This document shows positions 13,806 to 29,299 of a stretch of 64,000 nt of DNA, piece by piece. Location: assembly GCA_032718475.1 (NCBI GenBank), contig JAUCBJ010001957.1:1-64000 (forward strand), written 5' to 3'. The position numbers were made by a program, and so were the translations under genes. Each line of letters opens with the position of its first letter. The stretch's first letter is position 1. The stretch comes from Nemertoderma westbladi (taxonomy: Eukaryota > Animalia > Xenacoelomorpha). The notes under the pieces are model-generated. The model was not told where the DNA came from, ran no database searches, and was given only the letters and a program-made list of their open reading frames with translations.

Positions 13806-15140
13806 CCTTTCCACTGGTATTGGGCTACTGTACGTGTACATACAAACAGTACAGCAAAGCTAAAAGCAGCAGTTTACAGATAAGTTAGCGAGTTAGTTAG
13901 AATACGGATCCCTCTATGAATTCAGTATGAGTTTCCATTAATTGATAATAATACTTTGAGGTGAGATATTAATTCGCTGAGATGGAAATTGCTGAAGTAT
14001 TTGGCACAAAGTCGATCGACAAAATAAACAAATATTCATCTTGTATCTTCTATTCTTATTGTTTCTAATAGTAATCTCTAAAAATAGTATGTCTTTCCAC
14101 TAATTTCATTAATGTGACAGTGTCTAAAATATGTTATATTTTTGAATGAAAATATATAGAATAAGAACAAACAAGACAACCAATAGCTGCTAAAGAAGAT
14201 AAGACATAATCGATTTTCAGTGATGCTAAAATCAGTCTGGGAGGGATATTGTATTATGAAAATATTATGCTACCATGAATAATAATTAATGTTTTAATAT
14301 GATTTTTGTTCAGAAATGGAAAAAGGCGTCCATCAGCGCTAATCAGTTCAACCACTCTCTCATGACTTTAAGTTTGCCTTTGATCTAATTTCTTCCCGGT
14401 TCGAATTTCACAGCATTTTAATCATTTAATTTTTGGGACCGCGAGTTTATAGACAGGGTTTTAGGAATTTTCTTATGGACAGGGCAAAAATTGGACCGAC
14501 CGGGTTTTAGGTTCAGTGGACTGAGACCGGTCCTGGTTTTAGACAATCCCAAAAGGTTAACCCATAACTTGTTCTTTTGTATTTCAGTAGTGCTGCGGTG
14601 TATTTTAGTATTTTGATTAGGTTTGATATTGAAAACAGTAATTTTATATCTGGTCGGTCAGCCGCAGCGGGTTGCAAAAATGAAATAACAATGAAACATA
14701 TTTTCTTGAGTTGTCGTTTTTTGTTTTGGTTAAAAAAATTCCCACCTTTGAAACCTGCTCCTTTCCAGTAATGGAGAAATCTTGTTTCGTTTATTGTATT
14801 GGTTATAAAACACCGCCACTTTAACCTGCTCCTTTCCTTTAAATGACGATACGAAATGGAAATCAAGTTTTGTTATTCGTTTTCTCGTTTATTGTTTTGG
14901 TTAGAATTATGGTTTTATTGTTTACCGGTTGGCCTTCAAAAACTGTAGGCTTACTAGCTGACAATCTCCTGGGGGCATAATCTAAAGAGGGCGCAATAAC
15001 CTCCTAGGATATTTTGACGGATGGGGGTGGGGCATATTATTCTAGGAAATTTTGACCGGAGGGGGGGGGGGGGGGGCATATTTTCCTGCTACACCAGTAA
15101 ATGTTGTGGAATTTCGGACACTATACCATTTTCCAGAGAA

Positions 15141-15420
15141 GGCAGTGATTCAGAGCCGGGCAGTGCCAGTGATCCATATAATGTAGTGACCCAGAAAGGG
15201 CAGTGATCCAGATAAGGTAGTAATCCAGAGAGGGCAGTGTAGTGCTAGTGATCCAGATTTTAAGGTAGTGATCCAGATAGGGTAGCGATTCATATCCGGG
15301 CAGTGAGGTGCCGTGATCCAGAAATGGCAGTGAACCAGATAGGGGAGTGATCCAGATAGGGGAGTGATCCAGATAGGGTAGTGATTGAATGGACATTGAT
15401 TCAGAAGAATAAATGATCCA
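15141..15420. repeat. Degenerate ~17-bp tandem repeat (gtgatccagatagggga)
   Basis: Repeated (ca)gtgatccaga motif just downstream of the RPS23 3' end. Confidence 0.75.
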
Positions 15421-15572
15421 TAAATAAATTTAACCGTAAAAATTCGTGACTGCAACACGTTTTCGTATTATTAATTATTTGTCACTAATTGGATGTCCAA
15501 TAGAAAATAATATATATAATTGCAACTCAGTCTACAGGACACCATAACGTTGGTTACCATGACAATATGCGG

Positions 15573-15707
<135 letters not shown>

Positions 15708-15720
15708 CTATTGGAATAAT

Positions 15721-18700
15721 AATCATACAGAAACCATAAAGTAATCATACAGAAACCATACAGTAATCATACAGAAATCATACAGTAATCATTCATACAG
15801 AAACCATACAGTAATCATACAGAAACCATACAGTAATCATTCATACAGAAACCATACAGTAATCATACAGAAACCATACAGTAATCAATCATACAGAAAC
15901 CATACAGTAATCAATCATACAGAAACCATACAGTAATCAATCATACAGAAACCATACAGTAATCATTCATACAGAAACCATACAGTAATCATACAGAAAC
16001 CATACAGTAATCAATCATACAGAAGCCATACAGTAATCATACAGAAACCATACAGTAATCATACAGAAACCATACAGTAATCATACAGAAACCATACAGT
16101 AATCATTCATACAGAAACCATACAGTAATCATTCATACAGAAACCATACAGTAATCATACAGAAACCATACAGTAATCAATCATACAGAAACCATACAGT
16201 AATCATACAGAAACCATACAGTAATCATACAGAAACCATACAGTAATCATTCATACAGAAACCATACAGTAATCATACAGAAACCATACAGTAATCATTC
16301 ATACAGAAATCATACAGTAATCATACAGAAACCATACAGTAATCATACAGAAACCATACAGTAATCAATCATACAGAAACCATACAGTAATCAATCATAC
16401 AGAAACCATACAGTAATCAATCATACAGAAACCATACAGTAATCATACAGAAACCATAAAGTAATCATACAGAAACCATACAGTAATCAATCATACAGAA
16501 ACCATACAGTAATCATTCATACAGAAACCATACAGTAATCATACAGAAACCATACAGTAATCATTCATACAGAAATCATACAGTAATCATACAGAAACCA
16601 TACAGTAATCATACAGAAACCATACAGTAATCAATCATACAGAAACCATACAGTAATCAATCATACAGAAACCATACAGTAATCAATCATACAGAAACCA
16701 TACAGTAATCATACAGAAACCATAAAGTAATCATACAGAAACCATACAGTAATCATACAGAAACCATAAAGTAATCATACAGAAACCATACAGTAATCAT
16801 ACAGAAACCATACAGTAATCATACAGAAACCATTCAGTAATCATTCATACAGAAACCATACAGTAATCATACAGAAACCATACAGTAATCAATCATACAG
16901 AAACCATACAGTAATCAATCATACAGAAACCATACAGTAATCAATCATACAGAAACCATACAGTAATCAATCATACAGAAACCATACAGTAATCATACAG
17001 AAACCATAAAGTAATCAATCATACAGAAACCATACAGTAATCATACAGAAACCATAAAGTAATCATACAGAAACCATACAGTAGTCAGTAATCATACAGA
17101 AACCATACAGTAATCATACAGAAACCATACAGTAATCAATCATACAGAAACCATACAGTAATCATACAGTAATCATACAGAAACCATACAGTAATCATAC
17201 AGAAACCATACAGTAATCATACAGAAACCATACAGTAATCAATCATACAGAAACCATACAGTAATCATACAGTAATCATACAGAAACCATACAGTAATCA
17301 TACAGAAACCATACAGTAATCAATCATACAGAAACCATACAGTAATCATACAGAAACCATACAGTAATCATTCATACAGAAACCACACAGTAATCATACA
17401 GAAACCATAAAGTAATCATACAGAAACCATACAGTAATCATACAGAAACCATACAGTAATCATACAGAAACCATACAGTAATCAATCATACAGAAACCAT
17501 ACAGTAATCATACAGTAATCATACAGAAACCATACAGTAATCATACAGAAACCATACAGTAATCAATCATACAGAAACCATACAGTAATCATACAGTAAT
17601 CATACAGAAACCATACAGTAATCAATCATACAGAAACCATACAGTAATCATTCATACAGAAACCATACAGTAATCATACAGAAACCATACAGTAATCATT
17701 CATACAGAAACCATACAGTAATCATACAGAAACCATACAGTAATCAATCATACAGAAACCATACAGTAATCAATCATACAGAAACCATACAGTAATCAAT
17801 CATACAGAAACCATACAGTAATCATTCATACAGAAACCATACAGTAATCATACAGAAACCATACAGTAATCAATCATACAGAAACCATACAGTAATCATA
17901 CAGAAACCATACAGTAATCATACAGAAACCATACAGTAATCATACAGAAACCATACAGTAATCATTCATACAGAAACCATACAGTAATCATTCATACAGA
18001 AACCATACAGTAATCATACAGAAACCATACAGTAATCAATCATACAGAAACCATACAGTAATCATACAGAAACCATACAGTAATCATACAGTAATCATTC
18101 ATACAGAAACCATACAGTAATCATACAGAAACCATACAGTAATCATTCATACAGAAATCATACAGTAATCATACAGAAACCATACAGTAATCATACAGAA
18201 ACCATACAGTAATCAATCATACAGAAACCATACAGTAATCAATCATACAGAAACCATACAGTAATCAATCATACAGAAACCATACAGTAATCATACAGAA
18301 ACCATAAAGTAATCATACAGAAACCATACAGTAATCAATCATACAGAAACCATACAGTAATCATTCATACAGAAACCATACAGTAATCATACAGAAACCA
18401 TACAGTAATCATTCATACAGAAATCATACAGTAATCATACAGAAACCATACAGTAATCATACAGAAACCATACAGTAATCAATCATACAGAAACCATACA
18501 GTAATCAATCATACAGAAACCATACAGTAATCAATCATACAGAAACCATACAGTAATCATACAGAAACCATAAAGTAATCATACAGAAACCATACAGTAA
18601 TCAATCATACAGAAACCATACAGTAATCAATCATACAGAAACCATACAGTAATCAATCATACAGAAACCATACAGTAATCAATCATACAGAAACCATACA

Positions 18701-21700
18701 GTAATCATACAGAAACCATAAAGTAATCAATCATACAGAAACCATACAGTAATCATACAGAAACCATAAAGTAATCATACAGAAACCATACAGTAGTCAG
18801 TAATCATACAGAAACCATACAGTAATCATACAGAAACCATACAGTAATCAATCATACAGAAACCATACAGTAATCATACAGTAATCATACAGAAACCATA
18901 CAGTAATCATACAGAAACCATACAGTAATCATACAGAAACCATACAGTAATCAATCATACAGAAACCATACAGTAATCATACAGTAATCATACAGAAACC
19001 ATACAGTAATCATACAGAAACCATACAGTAATCAATCATACAGAAACCATACAGTAATCATACAGAAACCATACAGTAATCATTCATACAGAAACCACAC
19101 AGTAATCATACAGAAACCATAAAGTAATCATACAGAAACCATACAGTAATCATACAGAAACCATACAGTAATCATACAGAAACCATACAGTAATCAATCA
19201 TACAGAAACCATACAGTAATCATACAGTAATCATACAGAAACCATACAGTAATCATACAGAAACCATACAGTAATCAATCATACAGAAACCATACAGTAA
19301 TCATACAGAAACCATACAGTAATCAATCATACAGAAACCATACAGTAATCAATCATACAGAAACCATACAGTAATCAATCATACAGAAACCATACAGTAA
19401 TCATACAGAAACCATACAGTAATCATACAGAAACCATACAGTAATCAATCATACAGAAACCATACAGTAATCAATCATACAGAAACCATACAGTAATCAA
19501 TCATACAGAAACCATACAGTAATCAATCATACAGAAACCATACAGTAATCAATCATACAGAAACCATACAGTAATCAATCATACAGAAACCATACAGTAA
19601 TCAATCATACAGAAACCATACAGTAATCATACAGAAACCATACAGTAATCATACAGAAACCATACAGTAATCAATCATACAGAAACCATACAGTAATCAA
19701 TCATACAGAAACCCTACAGTAATCAATCATACAGAAACCATACAGTAATCAATCATACAGAAACCATACAGTAATCAATCATACAGAAACCATACAGTAA
19801 TCAATCATACAGAAACCATACAGTAATCAATCATACAGAAACCATACAGTAATCAATCATACAGAAACCATACAGTAATCATACAGAAACCATACAGTAA
19901 TCATACAGAAACCATACAGTAATCAATCATACAGAAACCTTACAGTAATCATACAGAAACCACACAGTAATCATTCATACAGAAACCATACAGTAATCAA
20001 TCAATCATACAGAAACCATAGAGTAATCATACAGAAACCATACAGTAATCATTCATACAGAAACCATACAGTAATCAATCATACAGAAACCATACAGTAA
20101 TCATTCATACAGAAATCATACAGTAATCAATCATACAGAAACCATACAGTAATCATACAGAAACCATAAAGTAATCATACAGAAACCATAGAGTAATCAT
20201 TCATACAGAAACCACACAGTAATCATACAGAAACCATACAGTAATCAATCATACAGAAACCATACAGTAATCAATCATACAGAAACCATACAGTAATCAA
20301 TCATACAGAAACCATACAGTAATCAATCATACAGAAACCATACAGTAATCAATCATACAGAAACCATACAGTAATCATTCATACAGAAACCATACAGTAA
20401 TCATACAGAAACCATACAGTAATCATTCATACAGAAATCATACAGTAATCATACAGAAACCATACAGTAATCATACAGAAACCATACAGTAATCAATCAT
20501 ACAGAAACCACACAGTAATCATACAGAAACCATACAGTAATCATTCATACAGAAACCATACAGTAATCATACAGAAACCATACAGTAATCATACAGAAAC
20601 CATACAGTAATCAATCATACAGAAACCATACAGTAATCAATCATACAGAAACCCTACAGTAATCAATCATACAGAAACCATACAGTAATCAATCATACAG
20701 AAACCATACAGTAATCAATCATACAGAAACCATACAGTAATCAATCATACAGAAACCATACAGTAATCAATCATACAGAAACCCTACAGTAATCAATCAT
20801 ACAGAAACCATACAGTAATCATACAGAAACCATACAGTAATCATACAGAAACCATACAGTAATCAATCATACAGAAACCATACAGTAATCAATCATACAG
20901 AAACCCTACAGTAATCAATCATACAGAAACCATACAGTAATCAATCATACAGAAACCATACAGTAATCAATCATACAGAAACCATACAGTAATCAATCAT
21001 ACAGAAACCATACAGTAATCAATCATACAGAAACCATACAGTAATCAATCATACAGAAACCATACAGTAATCATACAGAAACCATACAGTAATCATACAG
21101 AAACCATACAGTAATCAATCATACAGAAACCTTACAGTAATCATACAGAAACCATACAGTAATCATTCATACAGAAATCATACAGTAATCATACAGAAAC
21201 CATACAGTAATCATACAGAAACCATACAGTAATCAATCATACAGAAACCATACAGTAATCATACAGAAACCATACAGTAATCATACAGAAACCATACAGT
21301 AATCAATCATACAGAAACCATACAGTAATCAATCATACAGAAACCCTACAGTAATCAATCATACAGAAACCATACAGTAATCAATCATACAGAAACCATA
21401 CAGTAATCAATCATACAGAAACCATACAGTAATCAATCATACAGAAACCATACAGTAATCAATCATACAGAAACCATACAGTAATCAATCATACAGAAAC
21501 CATACAGTAATCATACAGAAACCATACAGTAATCATACAGAAACCATACAGTAATCAATCATACAGAAACCTTACAGTAATCATACAGAAACCACACAGT
21601 AATCATTCATACAGAAACCATACAGTAATCATACAGAAACCATACAGTAATCAATCATACAGAAACCATAGAGTAATCATACAGAAACCATACAGTAATC

Positions 21701-24700
21701 ATTCATACAGAAACCATACAGTAATCATTCATACAGAAATCATACAGTAATCAATCATACAGAAACCATACAGTAATCAATCATACAGAAACCATACAGT
21801 AATCAATCATACAGAAACCATACAGTAATCAATCATACAGAAACCATACAGTAATCAATCATACAGAAACCATACAGTAATCAATCATACAGAAACCTTA
21901 CAGTAATCATACAGAAACCATACAGTAATCATTCATACAGAAATCATACAGTAATCATACAGAAACCATACAGTAATCATACAGAAACCATACAGTAATC
22001 AATCATACAGAAACCATACAGTAATCATACAGAAACCATACAGTAATCATACAGAAACCATACAGTAATCAATCATACAGAAACCATACAGTAATCAATC
22101 ATACAGAAACCCTACAGTAATCAATCATACAGAAACCATACAGTAATCAATCATACAGAAACCATACAGTAATCAATCATACAGAAACCATACAGTAATC
22201 AATCATACAGAAACCATACAGTAATCAATCATACAGAAACCATACAGTAATCAATCATACAGAAACCATACAGTAATCATACAGAAACCATACAGTAATC
22301 ATACAGAAACCATACAGTAATCAATCATACAGAAACCTTACAGTAATCATACAGAAACCACACAGTAATCATTCATACAGAAACCATACAGTAATCATAC
22401 AGAAACCATACAGTAATCAATCATACAGAAACCATAGAGTAATCATACAGAAACCATACAGTAATCATTCATACAGAAACCATACAGTAATCATTCATAC
22501 AGAAATCATACAGTAATCAATCATACAGAAACCATACAGTAATCAATCATACAGAAACCATACAGTAATCATACAGAAACCATACAGTAATCATTCATAC
22601 AGAAACCATACAGTAATCATTCATACAGAAACCATACAGTAATCATTCATACAGAAACCATACAGTAATCATTCATACAGAAACCATACAGTAATCAATC
22701 ATACAGAAACCATACAGTAATCATACAGAAACCATACAGTAATCAATCATACAGAAACCATACAGTAATCAATCATACAGAAACCATTCAGTAATCATAC
22801 AGAAACCATTCAGTAATCATACAGAAACCATACAGTAATCATACAGAAACCATACAGTAATCATACAGTAATCATACAGAAACCATACAGAAACCATACA
22901 GTAATCATACAGAAACCATACAGTAATCATACAGAAACCATACAGTAATCATACAGAAACCATACAGTAATCAATCATACAGAAACCATACAGTAATCAT
23001 ACAGAAACCATACAGTAATCATACAGAAACCATACAGTAATCAATCATACAGAAACCATACAGTAATCAATCATACAGAAACCATACAGTAATCAATCAT
23101 ACAGAAACCATACAGTAATCAATCATACAGAAACCATACAGTAATCAATCATACAGAAACCATACAGTAATCATAGAGAAACCATACAGTAATCATACAG
23201 AAACCATACAGTAATCATACAGAAACCATACAGTAATCATACAGAAACCATACAGTAATCAATCATACAGAAACCATACAGTAATCAATCAATCATACAG
23301 AAACCATAGAGTAATCATACAGAAACCATAAAAGTAATTATACAGAAACCATACAATAATCATACAGAAACCATAAAGTAATCATTCATACAGAAACCAT
23401 ACAGTAATCATACAGAAACCATACAGTAATCATACAGAAACCATACAGTAATCATTCATACAGAAACCACACAGTAATCATACAGAAACCATACAGTAAT
23501 CATACAGTAATCATACAGAAACCATACAGGAATCAATCATACAGAAACCATACAGTAATCATACAGAAACCATACAGTAATCATTCATACAGAAACCACA
23601 CAGTAATCATACAGAAACCATACAGTAATCATACAGAAACCATACAGTAATCATTCATACAGAAACCACACAGTAATCATACAGAAACCATACAGTAATC
23701 ATACAGAAACTATACAGTAATCATACAGAAACCATACAGTAATCATACAGAAACCATACAGTAATCAATCATACAGAAACCATACAGTAATCAATCATAC
23801 AGAAACCATACAGTAATCAATCATACAGAAACCATACAGTAATCAATCATACAGAAACCATACAGTAATCAATCATACAGAAACCATACAGTAATCATAC
23901 AGAAACCATACAGTAATCATACAGAAACCATACAGTAATCATACAGAAACCATACAGTAATCATACAGAAACCATACAGTAATCATTCATACAGAAACCA
24001 CACAGTAATCATACAGAAACCATACAGTAATCATACAGAAACTATACAGTAATCATACAGAAACCATACAGTAATCATACAGAAACCATACAGTAATCAT
24101 TCATACAGAAACCACACAGTAATCATACAGAAACCATACAGTAATCATACAGAAACCATACAGTAATCATTCATACAGAAACCACACAGTAATCATACAG
24201 AAACCATACAGTAATCATACAGAAACTATACAGTAATCATAGAGAAACCATACAGTAATCATACAGAAACCATACAGTAATCATTCATACAGAAACCACA
24301 CAGTAATCATACAGAAACCATACAGTAATCATACAGAAACTATACAGAAACCATACAGTAATCATACAGAAACCATACAGTAATCATACAGAAACCATAC
24401 AATAATCATTCATACAGAAACCATGCAGTAATCATTCATACAGAAATCATACAGTAATCATTAAGAAAGCATATATAGTAATCATTCATACATAAACCAT
24501 ATATAGTAATCATTCATACAGAAACCATACAGTAATCATTAATACAGAAACCATTACAGTAATCATACAGAAACCATACAGTAATCATTCATACAGAAAG
24601 CATATAGCAATCATACAGCAACCATACAGTAATCATTAAGAAAGCATATATAGTAATCATTCATACAGCAACCATACAGTAATCATTATGAAAGCATATA

Positions 24701-24717
24701 TAGTAATCATTCATAAT
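15721..24717. repeat. ~9-kb satellite of 22-bp (aatcatacagaaaccatacagt) and 26-bp (+caat/catt) units filling RPS23 intron 3
   Basis: Directly visible. The unit is a pair of related 11-mers (catacagaaac / catacagtaat) and degenerates at the right end. Confidence 0.99.
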
Positions 24718-24764
24718 CATAGTTAGTTGACTATGAATGAAGAAGACTGTCGCGTTGGTACTTA

Positions 24765-24941
<177 letters not shown>

Positions 24942-25647
24942 TTAACAAATTTACTACAATCGAATAAATTCAACAACGACCACATTAAACACAAGTGAGT
25001 GAATTATTTCTCATTATTATTATTGCCATTACTTGAGCAGCAAGTTTATATACCGGTATATCACAATGGAAGTCTATAATTGGACTAATTTATACTCTTT
25101 ATTTACGAATATTCGTAAATAAAGATTATAAATTAGTCCAATTATACACTTTCTTGTATATACAAATCCTTTGATTCCATCCTGCTGCCGTATGAAATCC
25201 CTAGACTACCTAAATGTCCCGTATCTCTTGCACTGCCGTTTACTGGTGCGTTTACTATGTGATGTTTAATAAGTATGTGTTATATTTTATTGTGAATCAC
25301 TTGTTGTTATAATCGAATCTCTTAATCTTGGCTTGGCGCAAATAAACAAACTTCGACATTCCGTTTCCCAGTTACAGTTCATCATCATGTCCACTATTCA
25401 GATATCCGGACCCAGCTGCTTCTCAATCATGAGGTGTTAGGGCAGGTCTATTTCGTTTATTGTTTTGGTTAGCGTAGTGTAGGAGTTGGTTTGCACAGGC
25501 CATAGGATTTACACCGTAACCCGGACTAAAACCGTGATAGAATCCTAACTCTTAAGTCACAATTTGTTAAAGTTTGTCGCCCGGCCTTATTGCCATAGAC
25601 CCAAACGCAAAAGGACCGTGATTGGCAAAATGAATGGGTTTACTTAC

Positions 25648-25807
25648 ACTTTTTCTAGCACAATTCCTTTAGCGTGGGATGCGCCACCGAAAGGATTCGC
25701 TTTAAGTGCTGTTCCCAAATGCGCTTTCTTGAATGTTTTGTCGGCCCATCTGTTTTTTCTGCGAGAATTAGCCAACTTCCGAGCTGTTCGAATACCCTTA
25801 GGTTTAC
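25648..25807 (-). CDS. RPS23: RPS23 coding exon 2
   Basis: tttag| (G)[52 protein letters not shown](V)|gtaagt. Confidence 0.98.
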
Positions 25808-26583
25808 CTAAACACCAATAAACAAGACTGCAACAACCAACACAAACAATGAAACATTCGATTGATTAACAAATGAGCTACAGAGGTAGTGACAATGACA
25901 TTAAATTCAGAAGTTAGCCCGGTACCGGTACCGTACATTATACGTTATATTAAAATAATCAATTCAGCAATTTGATTTTTGTTTTAAATATTAGTCAGGC
26001 CAGCTGCCAGCAGTGAAGTTTTATTGTTGGCTTACTGGCTTAAAGTTAAAGACAGAAATTCAACCCTGACTGCCTGATGCTGAACAGTCTGACAGTACTA
26101 CAACTGTACAAGTACAACTACTATACTGCAGTACTGCTGCACTCTGATACTAGTCACTAGCAACTACCGGTTGCCGGTAGTGTACTACTACTAGGCCTAC
26201 CAGTCGGTACCATACCACTGTACCAGTCAGCCAGTCTGCCAGTAGCAGTAGGCCTACTGCAGTACAGCAGTACCAGAACCTGAGAACTGCTGAATGATGT
26301 CTGGCGTTTGGCTGCTTGCAGTAGGCTACCCCTACCACCTTACCTCATAGGCAGATAGGCCAGTAGGCCTACGCCTACCTCACACACACACTGCACCCTG
26401 CCAGCCTGCTGCACTGTAGTAAGTAAAGTAAGTACCGGTACTGAAGTAGGCCTCCTGCCAGCCTGCTGCCTACCGAACAACTGCTGAACTGAAGTATTAG
26501 ACCACACTACCGGTTACGGTAGGCCTACTGCACTATACAATAAACTACAATAACCCACTACAATAAACAAAGTCTAAACTCAC

Positions 26584-26587
26584 CCAT
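26584..26587 (-). CDS. RPS23: RPS23 coding exon 1 (ATG G)
   Basis: Minus strand aaaATGG|gtgagt: a strong donor whose phase fits exon 2 (G+GT = Gly2). Confidence 0.88.
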
Positions 26588-26979
26588 TTTGTATGTCGAA
26601 TTCTTGTACGAGCGTTAAAGAATTAGCAGATGGGAAAATTCAAAGTTATAATCCAGTTCGGTATGCCTACCTTCACAGTTTGTAGTTCTGTAGTTCCTGA
26701 AGTCTTCCTGCTGCTGTACAGCTATAGGCCTATATCTGTATTCACTCGTGTCAGCCTATAGCATATTGCAGTATTGTACACTGTTGCTGTTCTACTGCTC
26801 TAGCTGTCAACTGGTCAAGGCCTAGCTACAATAGTACAAACACCAACAGACTGAAGAAGAATACAGGAATAGGATAGTGAGGTAGAGCAGAATGCGATTT
26901 TAGCTCGTTTGTTAATCTCAGTAAACTACAGTATCTTGCATTCTTGCATTCCCTCAATTTCATGTCTATCAGTCTAAAT

Positions 26980-28384
26980 CGGCCCTATACATGCCAAAAC
27001 AAGTCGATTTTTTTCGAAAAATGCCATATGCATCCATTTATTGGAATCAGAAAAACGAGGCGCATCTTTATACATTACAGTATAGCCAAGTCTTTAAGAC
27101 GTAATTATGAAGACCTAAGGAGTTATATTTTTGTCAAAACCGTCTATCTCAACTTCTGTCTATAATAGTAAATCCCAAAACCATCTATCTTTTCTAGGAT
27201 TGATTTGGGATTAATCATTAAATTTGAATTTATGGTTTCCTTTATGCCGAAACCGTCTATCTGTGTACAGTATTCTATCTGTGTATTCTGTCTAGTTGTA
27301 TTCGGTTTGATTTAATATTTAATAATTGTTCATTTTTATTTGCCAAAACATAGTCTATCTCTATGATCTACAATACAGTACAATAATGTCTGTAAACTTG
27401 CCTTATAGCCTACAATTATGCTTTTACTAGTAATGAAAAATCAACATGAATTCAAGCCAATTTTATGACCTTTATTAACATTTTGATTTGTTTTTTGGGA
27501 TGCTGATCACAAATATGACACTGAAATATATCGTACCTTGTTGATTACGGTATTTTTGGATAATTATGTGTCAATGTGTGGCACGAAAAATATAATTATA
27601 GAACAAATTTGTTAATCAACAATCATTACTAAATCAACCTTATTTTATGACATGAGGGGTTTTCTGAGACGCTGATCACTTTCTTCCCACCAGACAAGCA
27701 CTAAAAAACGATACTTGCGTTACCACTAAAGATTTTTAACGAGTTGTACTGTATAGTAATCAGCGAACTTGAAAACCAGTATTTGCTTCAGAATTACCCA
27801 AACAAAGGCACAATTTAACAGTTTGAAATTTTTCCTACAGTACTTCTACTTTTCATCCTGGGGCATCAGAATGGTACAAAAAATGACGTTTGACTTACCA
27901 GAAATATTTTTTTAAGTTTCATCGTGATCAGCGACCTCGAAAACCCGTATACCTTCGGAATTATCAAACCAAATACAACATTTTTTGTGTCTTAACCCAA
28001 TTACGTATTTAAAAATAGCCCGGCCAGATAGGGTTTATATCTGAGATAGCCTGTTTTGGCCGGCATGTAAGAATGCCTAGAACTTCAGCTTAAACAACAA
28101 ATGTATACATGCCAAAACAGATTATATCTGAGATTGACGGTTTTGACTTACAAATGTATATGAAAACAATAAGCTCTATCTCACAGTGCACTATGTAGAT
28201 CGAAGTTTCAGTTAAAAATATGCTGTTCAAAGAATGCTATGACTATAACTTACCTAGCTAATGACATAATTTCACAGGATTTCCACCAATCAGGAATCAA
28301 ATGACAGGCCTGGTATGTATTTTAGGTTTTTCTCAAAACTACGTATGTAAAAATTAGTTAGACTGTTTTGGCATTTAAGGGCCG
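26980..28384. mobile_element. Sola1-like non-autonomous DNA transposon
   Basis: TIRs CGGCCCTATACATGCCAAAACA / TGTTTTGGCATTTAAGGGCCG, 4-bp TSD AAAT on both sides (AWWT preference known for Sola1), and internal gccaaaac/aaccgtctatct repeats. Confidence 0.72.
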
Positions 28385-29299
28385 AAATGCTTGATGTAAT
28401 AAACTTAATATAATAATAAACGTAAAGTCTTTTGTCTGTCTGCGTCTGCCTTTATATCGACTATCGTTATCGAGGATGCGCTTTCGAATGGTCAATATTA
28501 TGAATATGAATTTGTTAATGAGTGTTGCGTTATTATCCAGTTAGCAGTGACGGGAGTACAAGACTATAGCCACTGTATGTAAATAATTGTTTAATGTCTA
28601 CTGTATTCCATTATGTCGAAACGTCCAATAGACAAGAGACTTTAGAGAAAATGAGCAAAGAAAATGGCGACAGTGTTCAGTAAAACTAAACTGATGCAGA
28701 CGATGACTCGGTTTGCTTCAGATCAAAGATTTATCACGTACATGCAGGAGATAACATTTCTAAGGTCACTTTTCAGCCTTAAAGATCCTTATTGTTTATT
28801 ATTATTATTTAGCATTATTGTTTAGACCTCCCTCGCTGCGCTCTCTCGTAAGTATGTATGTATGTTTTTATTGACTAAAAAGATGTACTCTATATGTACA
28901 GGAACATAAACATTTAGATTAAAAGCAGTCCAAAGAAAAACGGAATACTGTAGATATCAATACAAAAAAGTTAGGTAGACAAACTCACGGACAAAGTTCG
29001 ACAAAGAATGGAATGCAAAGTAGTACAAAACAGTTAAGATAAGTGGACAAAACGATAATAATAAACACAGAGCGGGCGTGTCGGGGTGGGGTTAGCACGT
29101 CACATACTACTATACGTACAGTAGTTTATTTATCTCGGAGATGAATGTTGGTACACTGGTTTATCCTGTGTTCCTGCCAATGTGAAGTTACTGGGTTCAC
29201 GTCCCAAGAAAGTAGATCAGCATAGTCTAATATTGTGGACACCGCAATAGGGTATATCTACTGTACCATTGTTCAATGGCCAGGTTGTGGGAGCTGGTT

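Larger units (their letters stand above)
7441..15097. mobile_element. Probable large non-autonomous TIR element with TA target duplication, carrying several nested insertions
   Basis: Left ta|CCGGTGTAACACGAAAATATGCCCCCCC matches the reverse complement of right GGGGGGCATATTTTCCTGCTACACCAG|ta. Both ends have gggcat/cctagga subterminal repeats, and the 62-bp minisatellite lies in opposite orientations at the two ends. These could instead be ends of two separate copies. Confidence 0.6.

Noticed and set aside
25360-25440. Intronic C/D snoRNA in RPS23
   Set aside because: An ATGATGA occurs on the sense strand but without a downstream CTGA box or terminal stem.
28664-28770. First exon of a divergent gene (MATVFSKTKLMQTMTRF...)
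   Set aside because: Short, no homology recognised, weak donor, and no downstream exons found.
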